A stretch of DNA of 64,000 bases from Octopus vulgaris. Lineage: Eukaryota. The DNA is taken from the NCBI GenBank assembly GCA_951406725.2, contig OX597814.1:160828001-160892000 (forward strand). The letters are read 5' to 3'. The first letter of the stretch is position 1. The number at the start of each line of letters is the position of its first letter. Shown here in pieces: positions 1 to 10,890 of this stretch. The translations under genes and the position numbers were made by a program. A model generated the notes under the pieces. That model saw only the letters and a list, made by a program, of their open reading frames with translations. It made no database searches and was not told where the DNA came from.

Positions 1-613
1 GTATTGATAAATTTCATCCTCCTCACTCCAGTCCCCTTAAGTAAATAAAGACATTTTCAAAGCCACTGCCCTTGATGTTAAAAGGTAGGTGAAACAGTTG
101 AGTTAGATGATAGAATATAGGAAGCTTAGTGAGAGCTAATGTAACAATTTCTTTGACAATATCCACGCTGTAAGTTTACTACAGTTTACCCCATCTCCAA
201 TGTTTACCAAGTTACGTACTCAGTATGTACACAGTGAAAAACTAATGCATATTTATACAATTAGTAAGCATCCTGGAAGCATTCTGAAAGTTACCAGGAC
301 AATTATAAATCGACCAATCAGAGAACAGCATTTACAGTTGATTAGGACACAATGAATCTGGAATGCTCTGTTGTCGTCTGATTGATTGGTTTTGTACTCT
401 TTTGTAGAGAGGCAGCAGTCTGAAGTGCATGCTCTCTACCTGACATTTACAGTCTCCCACATTCTCCTTTACCACCCTCACAAAGAGATGGAGAGGTGTG
501 GATAAAAAAAGAAGCAGTAAAAGTTATGAAAAATAGATAAATTGCTATAATAACCTATAATAATCCAAAACTGTCATTCCACATGTTTTTGTGTGTTACA
601 AGCTACAAGTTTA

Positions 614-655
<42 letters not shown>

Positions 656-1989
656 CAGGTCTAACTACTATAGACAGAAACTGGCCCCAAATCCCATATT
701 CTAATTCATATAATACACACACACATACAAAAAAAAACTTTTAAAAAGACACTCTTGTCTAATTTGACTAAAGCTTGGATGTTATTTCAAGCAGATGAAA
801 CAAACACACAGAGGCTTTCAAACATGGGAAAGACATTTCAATTACAGCACTAATGGAAATTTAACAACTTACTGAACAAACAGAGAAATAAAACAATATT
901 AGCACTATATCATATTGTCATTAACTCTTTTTGTTTGAAAAAAAAAACAAAAAAAAAGTATATTACCAAACACAAATACCATAAAAAATTCATATATAAT
1001 ACACTCTTTCCCACCAGAATCAAGATTAAAATCAAGTATATATAATACATGGTATTTAGGCTGCAAACCCTTCCCTACTCTTATTAAGAAAATACATACA
1101 CTAATGTAATGAAGCTTTATTATTTTTTAGATTATTGTTTTATATCACTTTCATTATCCAAGCTTGCACAAGTCAGTCAAAATTTGTTTGGGCTGATTTT
1201 CTATAGACATATGCTTTTCCCATTACCAACCTTCACCTGTCACCAAGCAAGGTAATATTTCCCTTGGTCCTTCATACATGAAGACCACAATGACCAGATA
1301 GGTTTCCTCTATTGAGTATAAACTAACAACACTGTTTATATGATGGGATCTTTGTTTACAATTAAGCATGCACTATCAGGATAAAGAAAGACAAATACAC
1401 ATACACAGCAAGCTTCTTTCAGTTTTTATCTACTGTGCCCACTCACAAGGCTAACCTGAGGCAATAATAGCAGTTGCTTGCCTAAGATGTAGTATAATGG
1501 GACTGAACTCAAAACTGCATGGTTGCAAAAGCAAACTTCTTAGCCACACTATGCTAGCACCTTTGTATAAAAATGAAGAAAAAATGGCTTATTGAGAACA
1601 GATACAGTTATATTAGTTATGCTACATGAATAGATTACTAATTCATGTAGTAATTATGTAACACTGTGTATTATCCATGGTATTATAGGTTTTTAATGTA
1701 ATTTAGGCACCCAAAATCAAGATGTATATGACATATGATTATTTTATTTTTCTACTTGTTTCAGTCATTTGACTGCAGCCATGGATGCAGCAGTTGGGAT
1801 ATTGATGTTTGCATGACAAAGATGTTCGTTTATGACCATCACATAGCATCTAGCCCTTTAGTATTCAGAGTACTTTGTCAAATGTAATGCACAGCTGACT
1901 GGACATTCAAACTGTTTTGGTGACAGTACATTTTAGCACTGAAAGCAAACATGCACACACAAGACCACAGAAATACATATATATGAGGA

Positions 1990-2169
1990 ATGACCACTAA
2001 GTGGACATCCATAAGCTAGAAGTCAACCCCCTATGGTCTTACCACTAAAAAAGGAATGTTGTCAGCTTACATTCTGGCTAAATTTTCTTCAGAACATTCC
2101 TTTCTTAGTGGTAAGACCATATGGGGGGGGGGGGGACTTCTAGCATATGGATGTCCACTTAGTGGTCAT
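1990..2169. repeat. Foldback inverted repeat, ~70-bp arms with 32-nt spacer
   Basis: ATGACCACTAAGTGGACATCCATAAGCTAGAAGTC...TATGGTCTTACCACTAA...AGGAATGTT (1990-2060) is the near-exact reverse complement of 2093-2169. Confidence 0.92.
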
Positions 2170-2381
2170 CCCACTTTTATGTATACAATATAATTTTTCT
2201 GAATCTTCAGATTTTTCTATATGCTAGACCACTGGTTTTAAATTGATATTAATCAAATAAATATTCAATTTTTCACCCTTATTATTTTAAATTTATATAT
2301 ATATATATATATAAATATATAAATTAACAGAATAAGATAAAAATCCAAGGCTGTGAAAGATTTCAGAACATTTATAAATAG

Positions 2382-2429
2382 GTCTTGCAGCTGTTTCAGG
2401 GATATTTTATATATCCCTACATCGGAGAC
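2382..2429 (-). ncRNA. Degenerate minimal type I hammerhead ribozyme motif (copy 1)
   Basis: Minus strand reads GUCU-CCGAUGU-AGGGAUAU/AUAUCCCU-GAAA-CAGCUG-CA-AGAC: stem I, CUGAUGA-like box, stem II, GAAA box, palindromic stem III. The core carries substitutions. Confidence 0.65.
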
Positions 2430-2720
2430 GGTGTGAGATAGTGGTCAAGCAATAGTTATTCTACAGAAGATATGAAATAGAGAGTGAAGTGGAGGAATGA
2501 AAACAGATGTGAGATAGGCAACAGATGTGAGATAGGCAGGGATATTGTATCTGCAATTCCATTATTTAAGCAGAATGGTATACATATAAGTTTCCTATAC
2601 CAGTATAGGAACTACAGATACAATATCCCTGCATATCTCACATCTATTTTCATTCCTCCACTTCACTCTCTTTTTCATATCTTACCTAGAATAACTATTG
2701 CTTAATTATTTTCTCACACT

Positions 2721-2768
2721 GTCTCCAATGTAGGGATATATAAAATATCCCAGAAACAGCTGTAAGAC
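2721..2768 (+). ncRNA. Degenerate minimal type I hammerhead ribozyme motif (copy 2)
   Basis: GUCU-CCAAUGU-AGGGAUAU/AUAUCCCA-GAAA-CAGCUG-UA-AGAC; GUA cleavage triplet intact, CUGAUGA box mutated. Confidence 0.65.
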
Positions 2769-2973
2769 CTTCTCTTTATAAATGTTCTGAAATCTCTAAC
2801 AGCCTTGGATTTTTATCTCATTCTGTTAATTTTTTTATATATACGCATATATTACGTTGGACTCCTCATTTGCATAATCACCAAACCTGGAGCTTAACTA
2901 TAGTCTGTCCATAGCCACTTACTCAGCATTACCCAACACCTTTGGGTCTTCTTGACACCATTACCTCTCATAA

Positions 2974-3053
<80 letters not shown>

Positions 3054-3378
3054 CACTTTTTATTAATTGAACATGACTGACATAAACACTCATACACAGA
3101 GAAATATGATCACACACATCAACTGAGAAAGAGATGGGGAGAGAGAAACATTGAAATGTCTAATGTGAAATAAGTCAGTGTCAAATCAGTAATGTTGAAA
3201 TGGTCGTGCTGAAATGTCACGAACCCTGGTGGTATTGTATTAGAAATGAACTTTTTACAGTATTTGAACCAACATTTTCATTTAAAATACATATATATGT
3301 ATGTGTGTGTATATATATATATATTTACATAGACACAAACACAAACACACACACGCTATATACATATTTGCATTAACC

Positions 3379-3487
3379 TTGACTCATAATCAGGTGCTTA
3401 GCTCTGAGACTCAGAACTAAGCACCCAAACAAACAAGAATGTTTATTTCACTCGTGTAAAACTCTAAGTCATGTGATTATGAGTCAA
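3379..3487. repeat. Small nested palindrome element
   Basis: TTGACTCATAATCA ... TGATTATGAGTCAA terminal arms enclose the near-perfect hairpin GGTGCTTAGCTCTGAG-A-CTCAGAACTAAGCACC. Confidence 0.8.
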
Positions 3488-3844
3488 ACAAATGATGTAG
3501 ATAAATATGAATTCTATAAAAATATTGAATGCATTTTTTTTCTTTTGTTTCTTCACATACATACATTTCAATTAAGATGCCAAGTTTTACAAAAAAAATT
3601 TTTATATATATATATATATTTTATTTCTTCTGTTCAAAAATGAAACCATTTTCCTAGACACACATACACACAAAGTAGAGATGGAAACTTTCTATAGAAC
3701 TCCTGATATAGTCAAAAGAGCAAACTAGTAAAAAAAAAACACTACAAAGTCACTGATTTTGATACTTTATATTCTGTTCTTTCACTTTTATTTAAATAAA
3801 AATTTAGAAGGGGAATATAAATAGTTACCAACCATCACCTAATA

Positions 3845-4080
3845 CAGTGGTTTTCAGCCATTTTTTGCCTATGGACTGCTTTGATTCCTATTTTCCTCTA
3901 ATGGACCTTGATAGCCATTTGATGTGTATAAAAATTACATCCTACTATATTTTTATAATTAAATATTATTAGGAATTGCATGAAAAAAATTTAGATATTT
4001 TATGTATTGTAGATGTATAAATAATTTATTGTATGCAAATTTTAACAACATTTTATATGGACCCTGGTTGGGAACCACAA
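3845..4080. mobile_element. hAT/Charlie-like MITE, decayed
   Basis: Ends CAGTGGTTTTCAGCC ... GGTTGGGAACCAC resemble the CAGTGGTTCTCAACC-type hAT TIR. Confidence 0.6.
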
Positions 4081-4179
4081 ACCTAATCCATAAAATTTAG
4101 ATAAGAAAATTTAGAAAGTCAATGTACATATGAAACTCAACAAATAGAAATATTTCTATTTGTAAACAAGAATAATTAT

Positions 4180-5365
4180 CATTTCCAATATAGGCACAAT
4201 GCCTGAAATTTGGGGAGGGGATTAGTTGATTACATTTACCACTGGTACTTATTTTTATCAACCCCAAAAGGATGAATGACAAAGCCGACCTCAGCAGATT
4301 TTGAACTCAAAACAAAGAGCTGGAAGAAAGACCACTGAGCATTTTGCCCAACATGCTAACAATTCTGCCAGCTCAATAATGATGGACTCTTCTGTCAAAG
4401 CTGACAGATGAGCATTCAGTTTTTTACCAAATCACCGAATGACCTGCACAAATAATTTATTTATAGTGATCAAATGTTCATGCCACACATTAACTCACAC
4501 TCTCTATCAAATCTATGTTGTCCGAACAGGTGCCTGCCATACCACACATCAGATGCCAAAGTAATCAAAGAGCAACATGAGATGAAGCGTTTTGCTCAAG
4601 AACACAATGCCCCACCTGGTCTAGGAATCGAAATCACAATCTCATGATAATGAGTGCAACACCCTAACCACTAAGCCATGCACCCTCATATGCTGAGTTT
4701 CATATGTACAGTAACTTTCTAATAATAATAATAATCATATTTTCTACAATAGGCACAAAGCCTGAAATTTTAGGATCAAGGGTTAGTCAATTACATTAAC
4801 CCTTTAGTGTTTAGATTACTCTGTCAAATGTAATACTTGTTTATTCACATTGTTTTGAATTAATTGTGCCTTATCTCATAACTTCAAAATTTTGATGATG
4901 TGATTATTTATCTTTAGGGTAGGCATGAGAGGCTGAATCTCATAAGTTTGAACATAAAATAAGGATAATATTCTGGCCAGATAAGGCCATTTTAAACACT
5001 AAAGGGTCAACCCCCTAGTGCACAACTGGTACTTATTTCATAAACCTTGAAAAGATGAAAGGTGAAGGTAGAATTTGAACTCAGAATATAAAGGCAGGCA
5101 AAATTCTTAGTGGCATTTTGTTAAGCATGCTAACAATTCAGCCAGCTTAGTGCTTTATTATTTTATTGTTATTATTAATGGTTTCAAATTTGGGCATGAG
5201 GCCAGCAATTTTGGAGGAGGAGTAAGTTGATTACAATAACCCCAATGCTCAAATGGTACTTATTTTATCAACCCCAAAAGATGAAAGGCAACCTCAGAAT
5301 GTAAAGATGGATGGAATGTCAATAGGTATTTCACCCAGCATGCTAACTATTCTGTCAGCTTGCCA
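4180..5365 (-). mobile_element. Cluster of tRNA-derived SINEs (three Meta-domain-type copies plus one copy of another family at ~4440-4690)
   Basis: Repeated CTGGTACTTATTTTATCAACCCC..AAAGGATGAA core and GAATTTGAACTCAGAA B-box complement, separated by (AAT)n. Confidence 0.8.
4800..5006. mobile_element. piggyBac-type TTAA MITE nested in a SINE
   Basis: TTAA|CCCTTTAGTGTTTA ... TAAACACTAAAGGG|TCAA; related copies at ~1853-1890, ~17960-18080, ~26130-26316 and 50053-50258. Confidence 0.8.
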
Positions 5366-8300
5366 TAATAATAATAATAATATAAACATTACTTTCACAC
5401 ATTAATTATTTTAATAAATTTCTCAGAAAATGCTTTTTTAGCCCTTTTACCATTTTTTAAGTTACATTTCGTTTCTCTTTCCTCACTAACATTATGACTT
5501 CTGCACCTCAAAGATGTTTGTCTTTCAACACATGATACACATTACCTTAAACAATTTGTTGCCACCCATATGGTATTTCTCAAACTCAACTGAACCTTTC
5601 TTTTGCTGTACTACTTAAGGACTTGTTTCCACAACATTCTAGAAATAATTTAACTTCACAGAAAGGAAAAATTAAAAAAGAAAATACTAAAGACCCCCTT
5701 AACTATTTTCCTTTATCCTAGGAAAGACTGAGAAACATTGTCAGTCTACCCTTCCCTTTCTATGGAGAGAGAGAGAGGTGGGTGAATTAGTACATTTTGG
5801 ATGGCAAAGCACCAAGAAACCAAAATACTTGAACCTAGGTAAACTAACAAAGTAAACAACTCAAAATGTTTCAAGAGAAAATCTGTTTTTATGTGTCCAT
5901 TGATTATAAATTAATATTTTATAATTCAGTTTCTAATCAACACCAAAACAAAATATGAAATTCTAATGCAGAATTGCAAATACTGGACTTGATTATTTAT
6001 TACATTATTAAAAATGTCGAAATCAAAATTAAATTGAATATGCTATTTGGAAATTTGTAAAATGTAGAAGTAGGAATGAAGCCAGATAGTCTATTCTAAG
6101 ACCACATGGTGGTTAGTATATTATATAACTACTTGGAATATTAAGGAACAGAGTGTGGTTTGCATGACTGCAAGTTTTAATGATGCAAAGAAGAAATAAA
6201 ATTGGTTTCCCAATAGTTCCACTGTTTAAAGTATCAGTTATTCTTTAGAGTTGGTTAAGTAAAATGGAGCAAAAGTAAATAAGAATATTACCATCTGTTA
6301 CATACATAAAAAAAAAATGATAATAATAATAATGATGTAGACTAACGGTAAGAGTTGAGATAAAGGAATTTCTCAAACAAAGCTATCAAGTTCTTCCTAT
6401 TAAGTCAGGCACAAGCAATCATGAATATCTATAATTCATTTTAAATGTTACAAAACAAACAAAATTTTAAAGAAAGAAACATAGTTAAACAAGGCAGTAA
6501 ATATACTAAGATTCAAACAAAATAAACCAAGATTGAGTCTACTTTTTCAAAAGCCAGATGCTTTAAAAATCCTTTAAAAAGAAAATCTAACAATTAGAAG
6601 ACATTTTTTTTTTTTTTTTCATATCTTCCAGACTACTTGTAATCAAATTATCAAAATACATTCAGGAGAAATTGTCACATTACCTTAAAGACATTAATTT
6701 CAACAAGTAACACAAAATGATTTCAACTCGTATAAATTTTCTCTGAACCGGATGGAAACAGATAAAAGTATTGGCTTATTCCAGACAGAATAAATTTGTG
6801 AGAAATGTTATATGTACAACACAGAGGAGGTACATACAGGGAAAATATGTAAGTGATGGACTCAACTTTCAACTCAGATTTCATCAGAGTGAACAGAAAA
6901 GTTTCTGGCAAAATGTAACAGAATTAAAGAATATCATGTATTAGAAATTTTCATTTTCATTTTCATTTTTTTTTTTTTTGTCGTTTCTCAGAATTTTACT
7001 TCCTGTGACACTTTTTAAGAACAGATTTATATTGTTCAATTTGTTTCAAAACAAAACTGGAAATTGAATTCAAAAATTGAGAATGCTCTACAGAGTTACT
7101 AAATTAGGAATCCCAATCCCAAATTATCTGAAACAAATGCTCACTCCAAGATAATATATGAAATTATATCTGCTGTCAAATATGATATCAAGGATGTAAG
7201 CTTAAATCATGTAAACTTAGCTTCCAGACCAGACATTTGAAATCCGTGCCATGACTTAAATTTTTCTAATGACAGTACAATCATAAAAATATGAGAGAAA
7301 TATTCAAAAACCTTTACCTAAAAATATGTATACAGCAATTAGCAACATTTTTAAAGAATTCTTGGCTTGATTTATGAAATAGGATTTAAAAAGGTTTAGA
7401 AATTAGTTTCACATTACTAACCTTCACTGGCATTTAATTTTTAGCCTCTTTCAATATAGTAAAGAAAACATTTTTTTAAAGTAAATTTCCATTTCTCTTT
7501 TGAGACCAAGGTACCTAAAACCAACTCAGGCTCAATGATACAAAACTTAATATTTTTAAGTGCTCATAATTAAATTTTAATTCAAATTAAGACCCTCTGA
7601 GAACTTATATAAGAACCTTTTATAAAGATTAATTATTTTCAAAAGTTATCTCAAACAAATAGGCAATATATATATATATATATGGTCAAGGCAAAAGCTA
7701 AAAATCTAAGTAAAAAAGAAAAAGAACAAAAGCAAGGGTGTGTGTGTGTGTGTGTGTGTGTGCATGCATGCGTGCACTTTTCAGGAAGAAAAGAAAAACA
7801 TCCTTAGTTTTACATTAGTATTAAGTTCAGGGAAAGAACTAAAATTTAAATATCAACTTAGTATTCCACTAAGTTGATATACTAAGTTGCACAAATGGAG
7901 GTAGAACCAATTAGTAAGGATAGCTGTAATTGTGTATTCCAAAGACAGAGCTTTTATAAAAGAAAAAAAAAGAAAGAACCCTGGATAATTCAGCTTCAAC
8001 AACAAAGCAAGGAGTGAGAGAGGGGGAGGAGAGAGAGGAACAGAAAGAGACACACACACACACAGAAGTAAAGATGACCCCAAGTTATTACTATTGCAAG
8101 AGAGAGTTTTAACTATGTTAAGAATGTAGAATGAAAGAGAACATTTTAAAGATAGCCAAAGCAGATGATGAAAACAACTCAAAATTTTTAAGACTGGAAA
8201 AATAATTATAAAGTAATCTGTTACAGGTGGTGGCAGCTATTTGAAGAAAAGAAAACCCCAATAGATGATGGGTTTTTCAGGATATAAAAAAAGTATCCTT

Positions 8301-8650
8301 GTGGGTATACATGTATGAAACAACTGCTTAATGGAATACAGGTGCTGAAACCCTTCAAGACGTGACCTTATTCCACAGATAAGAAACATTTAATATTAAT
8401 AAAAGCAAAGTCTTAGTTTTTTTTCTTTCAAAGCCATCATTTTTACTAAATATGAAGAGAAATGTTTTATTCTAGCTTTGGAACAGGTACAAGTGAAATG
8501 AATAATAATAGAAGTTTCTGAAACCTAAACTTTCCTTTCAAAACATAACAGTTAAATTGTATTTCAAATACACAAAGAGAAAGTTCTAAAATATAAAAAT
8601 AAAACACACACACACACAATTTAGAACAGTTTGATTCAATTCCATGCAAT

Positions 8651-8744
8651 TTAAAGTTTTGCGGGATCCTAACATGAGCCCATGCTTTCAGCAATCAAAA
8701 GCCTGAAAGAGACAGGCTCCTGTTAGAATCCTGCAAAACTTTAA
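8651..8744. repeat. 94-nt hairpin bounded by TTAA (possible Kolobok-type mini-MITE or pri-miRNA-like stem)
   Basis: 30-bp arms 8651-8680 and 8715-8744 with 3 differences, inner CTTTCAG/CTGAAAG stem, TTAA|AG...CT|TTAA ends. Confidence 0.75.
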
Positions 8745-8794
8745 GTTTTGATATTAGCAAACCTAATTTAAGGCTTAGTCTTTAGTGACTTTCA

Positions 8795-8833
<39 letters not shown>

Positions 8834-8949
8834 TTAGGGAGTATTGCTCCAAACTTAAAGGGAAAAATTAGATTTAGTAATAATATATATATATATACAT
8901 GAAAGTCACAAAAGACCAAGCCTTGAATTAGGTTTGCTAATATCAAAAC
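8745..8949. repeat. Inverted repeat with 51-bp arms around a (TA)n/(TAA)n spacer
   Basis: 8745-8795 is the reverse complement of 8899-8949 with 3 differences. Confidence 0.9.
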
Positions 8950-9670
8950 ATTCCAGCATGAATTTCAAACCACCAATATCTACATTAAAAGAAATTTTAA
9001 AGCCACATTTACTATTTGCCAACCATTTTCTTCACATAGGAGTATGTGTATCTCTATCTCTTCTCTAGCTTTCTCACAAATTATGCCATCAAAATAGTTT
9101 TGACGAACAAGAACACATGCTTTGCTTTTGGTAATTATACAAGTATAGCTGCTTCTATTCTGATGAATAATAATTAAAAGTTAAAACTAGAATTCCTAAT
9201 GAAATATTCTTTATATTAAATATTCAGGTGATACTGTCTTAAAAAATGGAAAGGACATATTGAATGATGTAATTCTAAATACATTCATTATCATTAGTAG
9301 CAGCATTTAGTATCCGTTTTCCATGGTAGCATGGGTTTGATGGCTTGATTGGAAGAATGAAACAACACAGTAGCAATGGCTGAACACAGTAAATGAAAAA
9401 AAATTAACATCAAAGAGAATGACTTAAGTATTTGCTCTTACATTAAAAAATAACATACTAAATGACATGTACAGATTGTTTTTACTGTTTAGCCCAAGGT
9501 CAACCCTAATCTAGAAGATCTCTAATCAAAAGCATTTCAAACTTGATCATCCTGTCTTTTCTTTTTTCAGATGAAGGGTCTTGTGGAAGTGATGAGAAGT
9601 GAGCGAGACTTTTGGTGATTTGTTGTGCTCGAGAAGACTTGTCAAGCCAAATGAAATCATAGTCATGAAC

Positions 9671-9933
9671 AGTGCCAGTGACGCATAAAAGGCACTAGTG
9701 CCGGTGACGCATAAAAGGCACTAGCGCCGGTGACGCATAAAAGGCACTAGCGCCGGTGACGCATAAAAGGCACTAGCGCCGGTGACGCATAAAAGGCACT
9801 AGCGCCGGTGACGCATAAAAGGCACTAGTGCTGGTGACGCATAAAAGGCACTAGCGCCAGTGACGCATGCATACAAGGCACTAGTGCCGGTGACACATAA
9901 AAGGTAATCATGCCAGCGACACATAAAAGGCAC
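9671..9933 (+). repeat. 26-bp minisatellite (~10 units) expanded inside a dispersed retroposon copy (~9600-10085)
   Basis: Unit TAGCGCCGGTGACGCATAAAAGGCAC recurs with ACGC at 9681, 9707, 9733, 9759, 9785, 9811, 9837, 9863; runs into the AGGAAGGG..CCAGCTGTAGAAAC...GATGATGA family body. Confidence 0.95.
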
Positions 9934-10138
9934 CCAACTACACACTTAGAGTGGCTGGAGTTAGGAAGGGGACCCAGCTGTAGAAACCAAGCCAAAATCA
10001 GACTCGAGACTGGTACAGCTTTCCAGCTTACCAGTTCCATTCAAACCATTTAACCCATGCTACCATGAAAAAACAGATGATGAAATCTAGAATCAGCCAC
10101 TTCATTATATTTACTTCATGCTTACAAGTCTAGCCTAG

Positions 10139-10180
<42 letters not shown>

Positions 10181-10507
10181 ATGGAGTCCCAGTAGACTTG
10201 ACATGATTTTCAATGGTGCCCATATGACATGAAGCTTGCAGAATATTTTATTTCTTAGAATAATGAGATGTACAATATCAACCCCCATGCCAGTACACAT
10301 ACACATTATAAATATAGTTGTTCATAGCAGGGATGCCTTTAACCAAGCAAGGCTAACCAGGGGCTAAACAATAATAATAACACTCAATATGAGCTCCATA
10401 AATATAACTGGTTAAACTTAATGAGATAAATGAAATTAAGAGCTGATAAACTAGATGAGTTGTTTTTTTTAGAATATTTTTTGAAATGTTCACTTTTAAA
10501 CTATAGA

Positions 10508-10890
10508 CATGGCTGTGTGATAAGAAGCTTGCTTCCCAACCACATGGTTCTGGCTTCAGTCCAACCATGTAACACCTTGGGTAAGTATCTTCTACTATAG
10601 CCTCGGGCCAACCAAAGCTTGCAAATAGACTTGGTAGTTGGGAACTGAAAAAAGCCCATCATGTGTGTGTGTGTGTGTCTGTGTCTGTTTGTTCACTACC
10701 CACTGCTTGGCAATTGGTGTTGATTTGTTATATTCCTGTAACTTAGCTGTTCAGCAAAAAGTCTGATAAAATAAGTACCAAATTCTGAAGAACAAAAAGA
10801 AAGAGTACAGGGGTTGATTTGTGTGCCTAAAAATTCTTCAGGGTGGTGCTCCAGCATGGCTGCAGTTTAATGACTAAAACAAGTAAAAAA
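10508..10890 (+). mobile_element. tRNA-derived SINE with CORE-like segment and internal (TG)n
   Basis: TGGCTGTGTGATAAG A-box head, CACCTTGGGTAAGT core, GACTAAAACAAGTAAAA tail; many sister copies in the window. Confidence 0.8.

Larger units (their letters stand above)
2321..2832. mobile_element. Long inverted repeat (~230-bp arms), probable Penelope-like element inverted pseudo-LTR remnant
   Basis: Arms 2321-2560 and 2608-2832 align as reverse complements. Each arm has a hammerhead-like motif, and the structure is flanked by (TA)n. The inverted repeat is seen directly; the PLE assignment is inference. Confidence 0.75.

Noticed and set aside
9671-9933. CRISPR-like regular repeats
   Set aside because: The units are contiguous with no unique spacers, there are no cas genes, and the context is eukaryotic.
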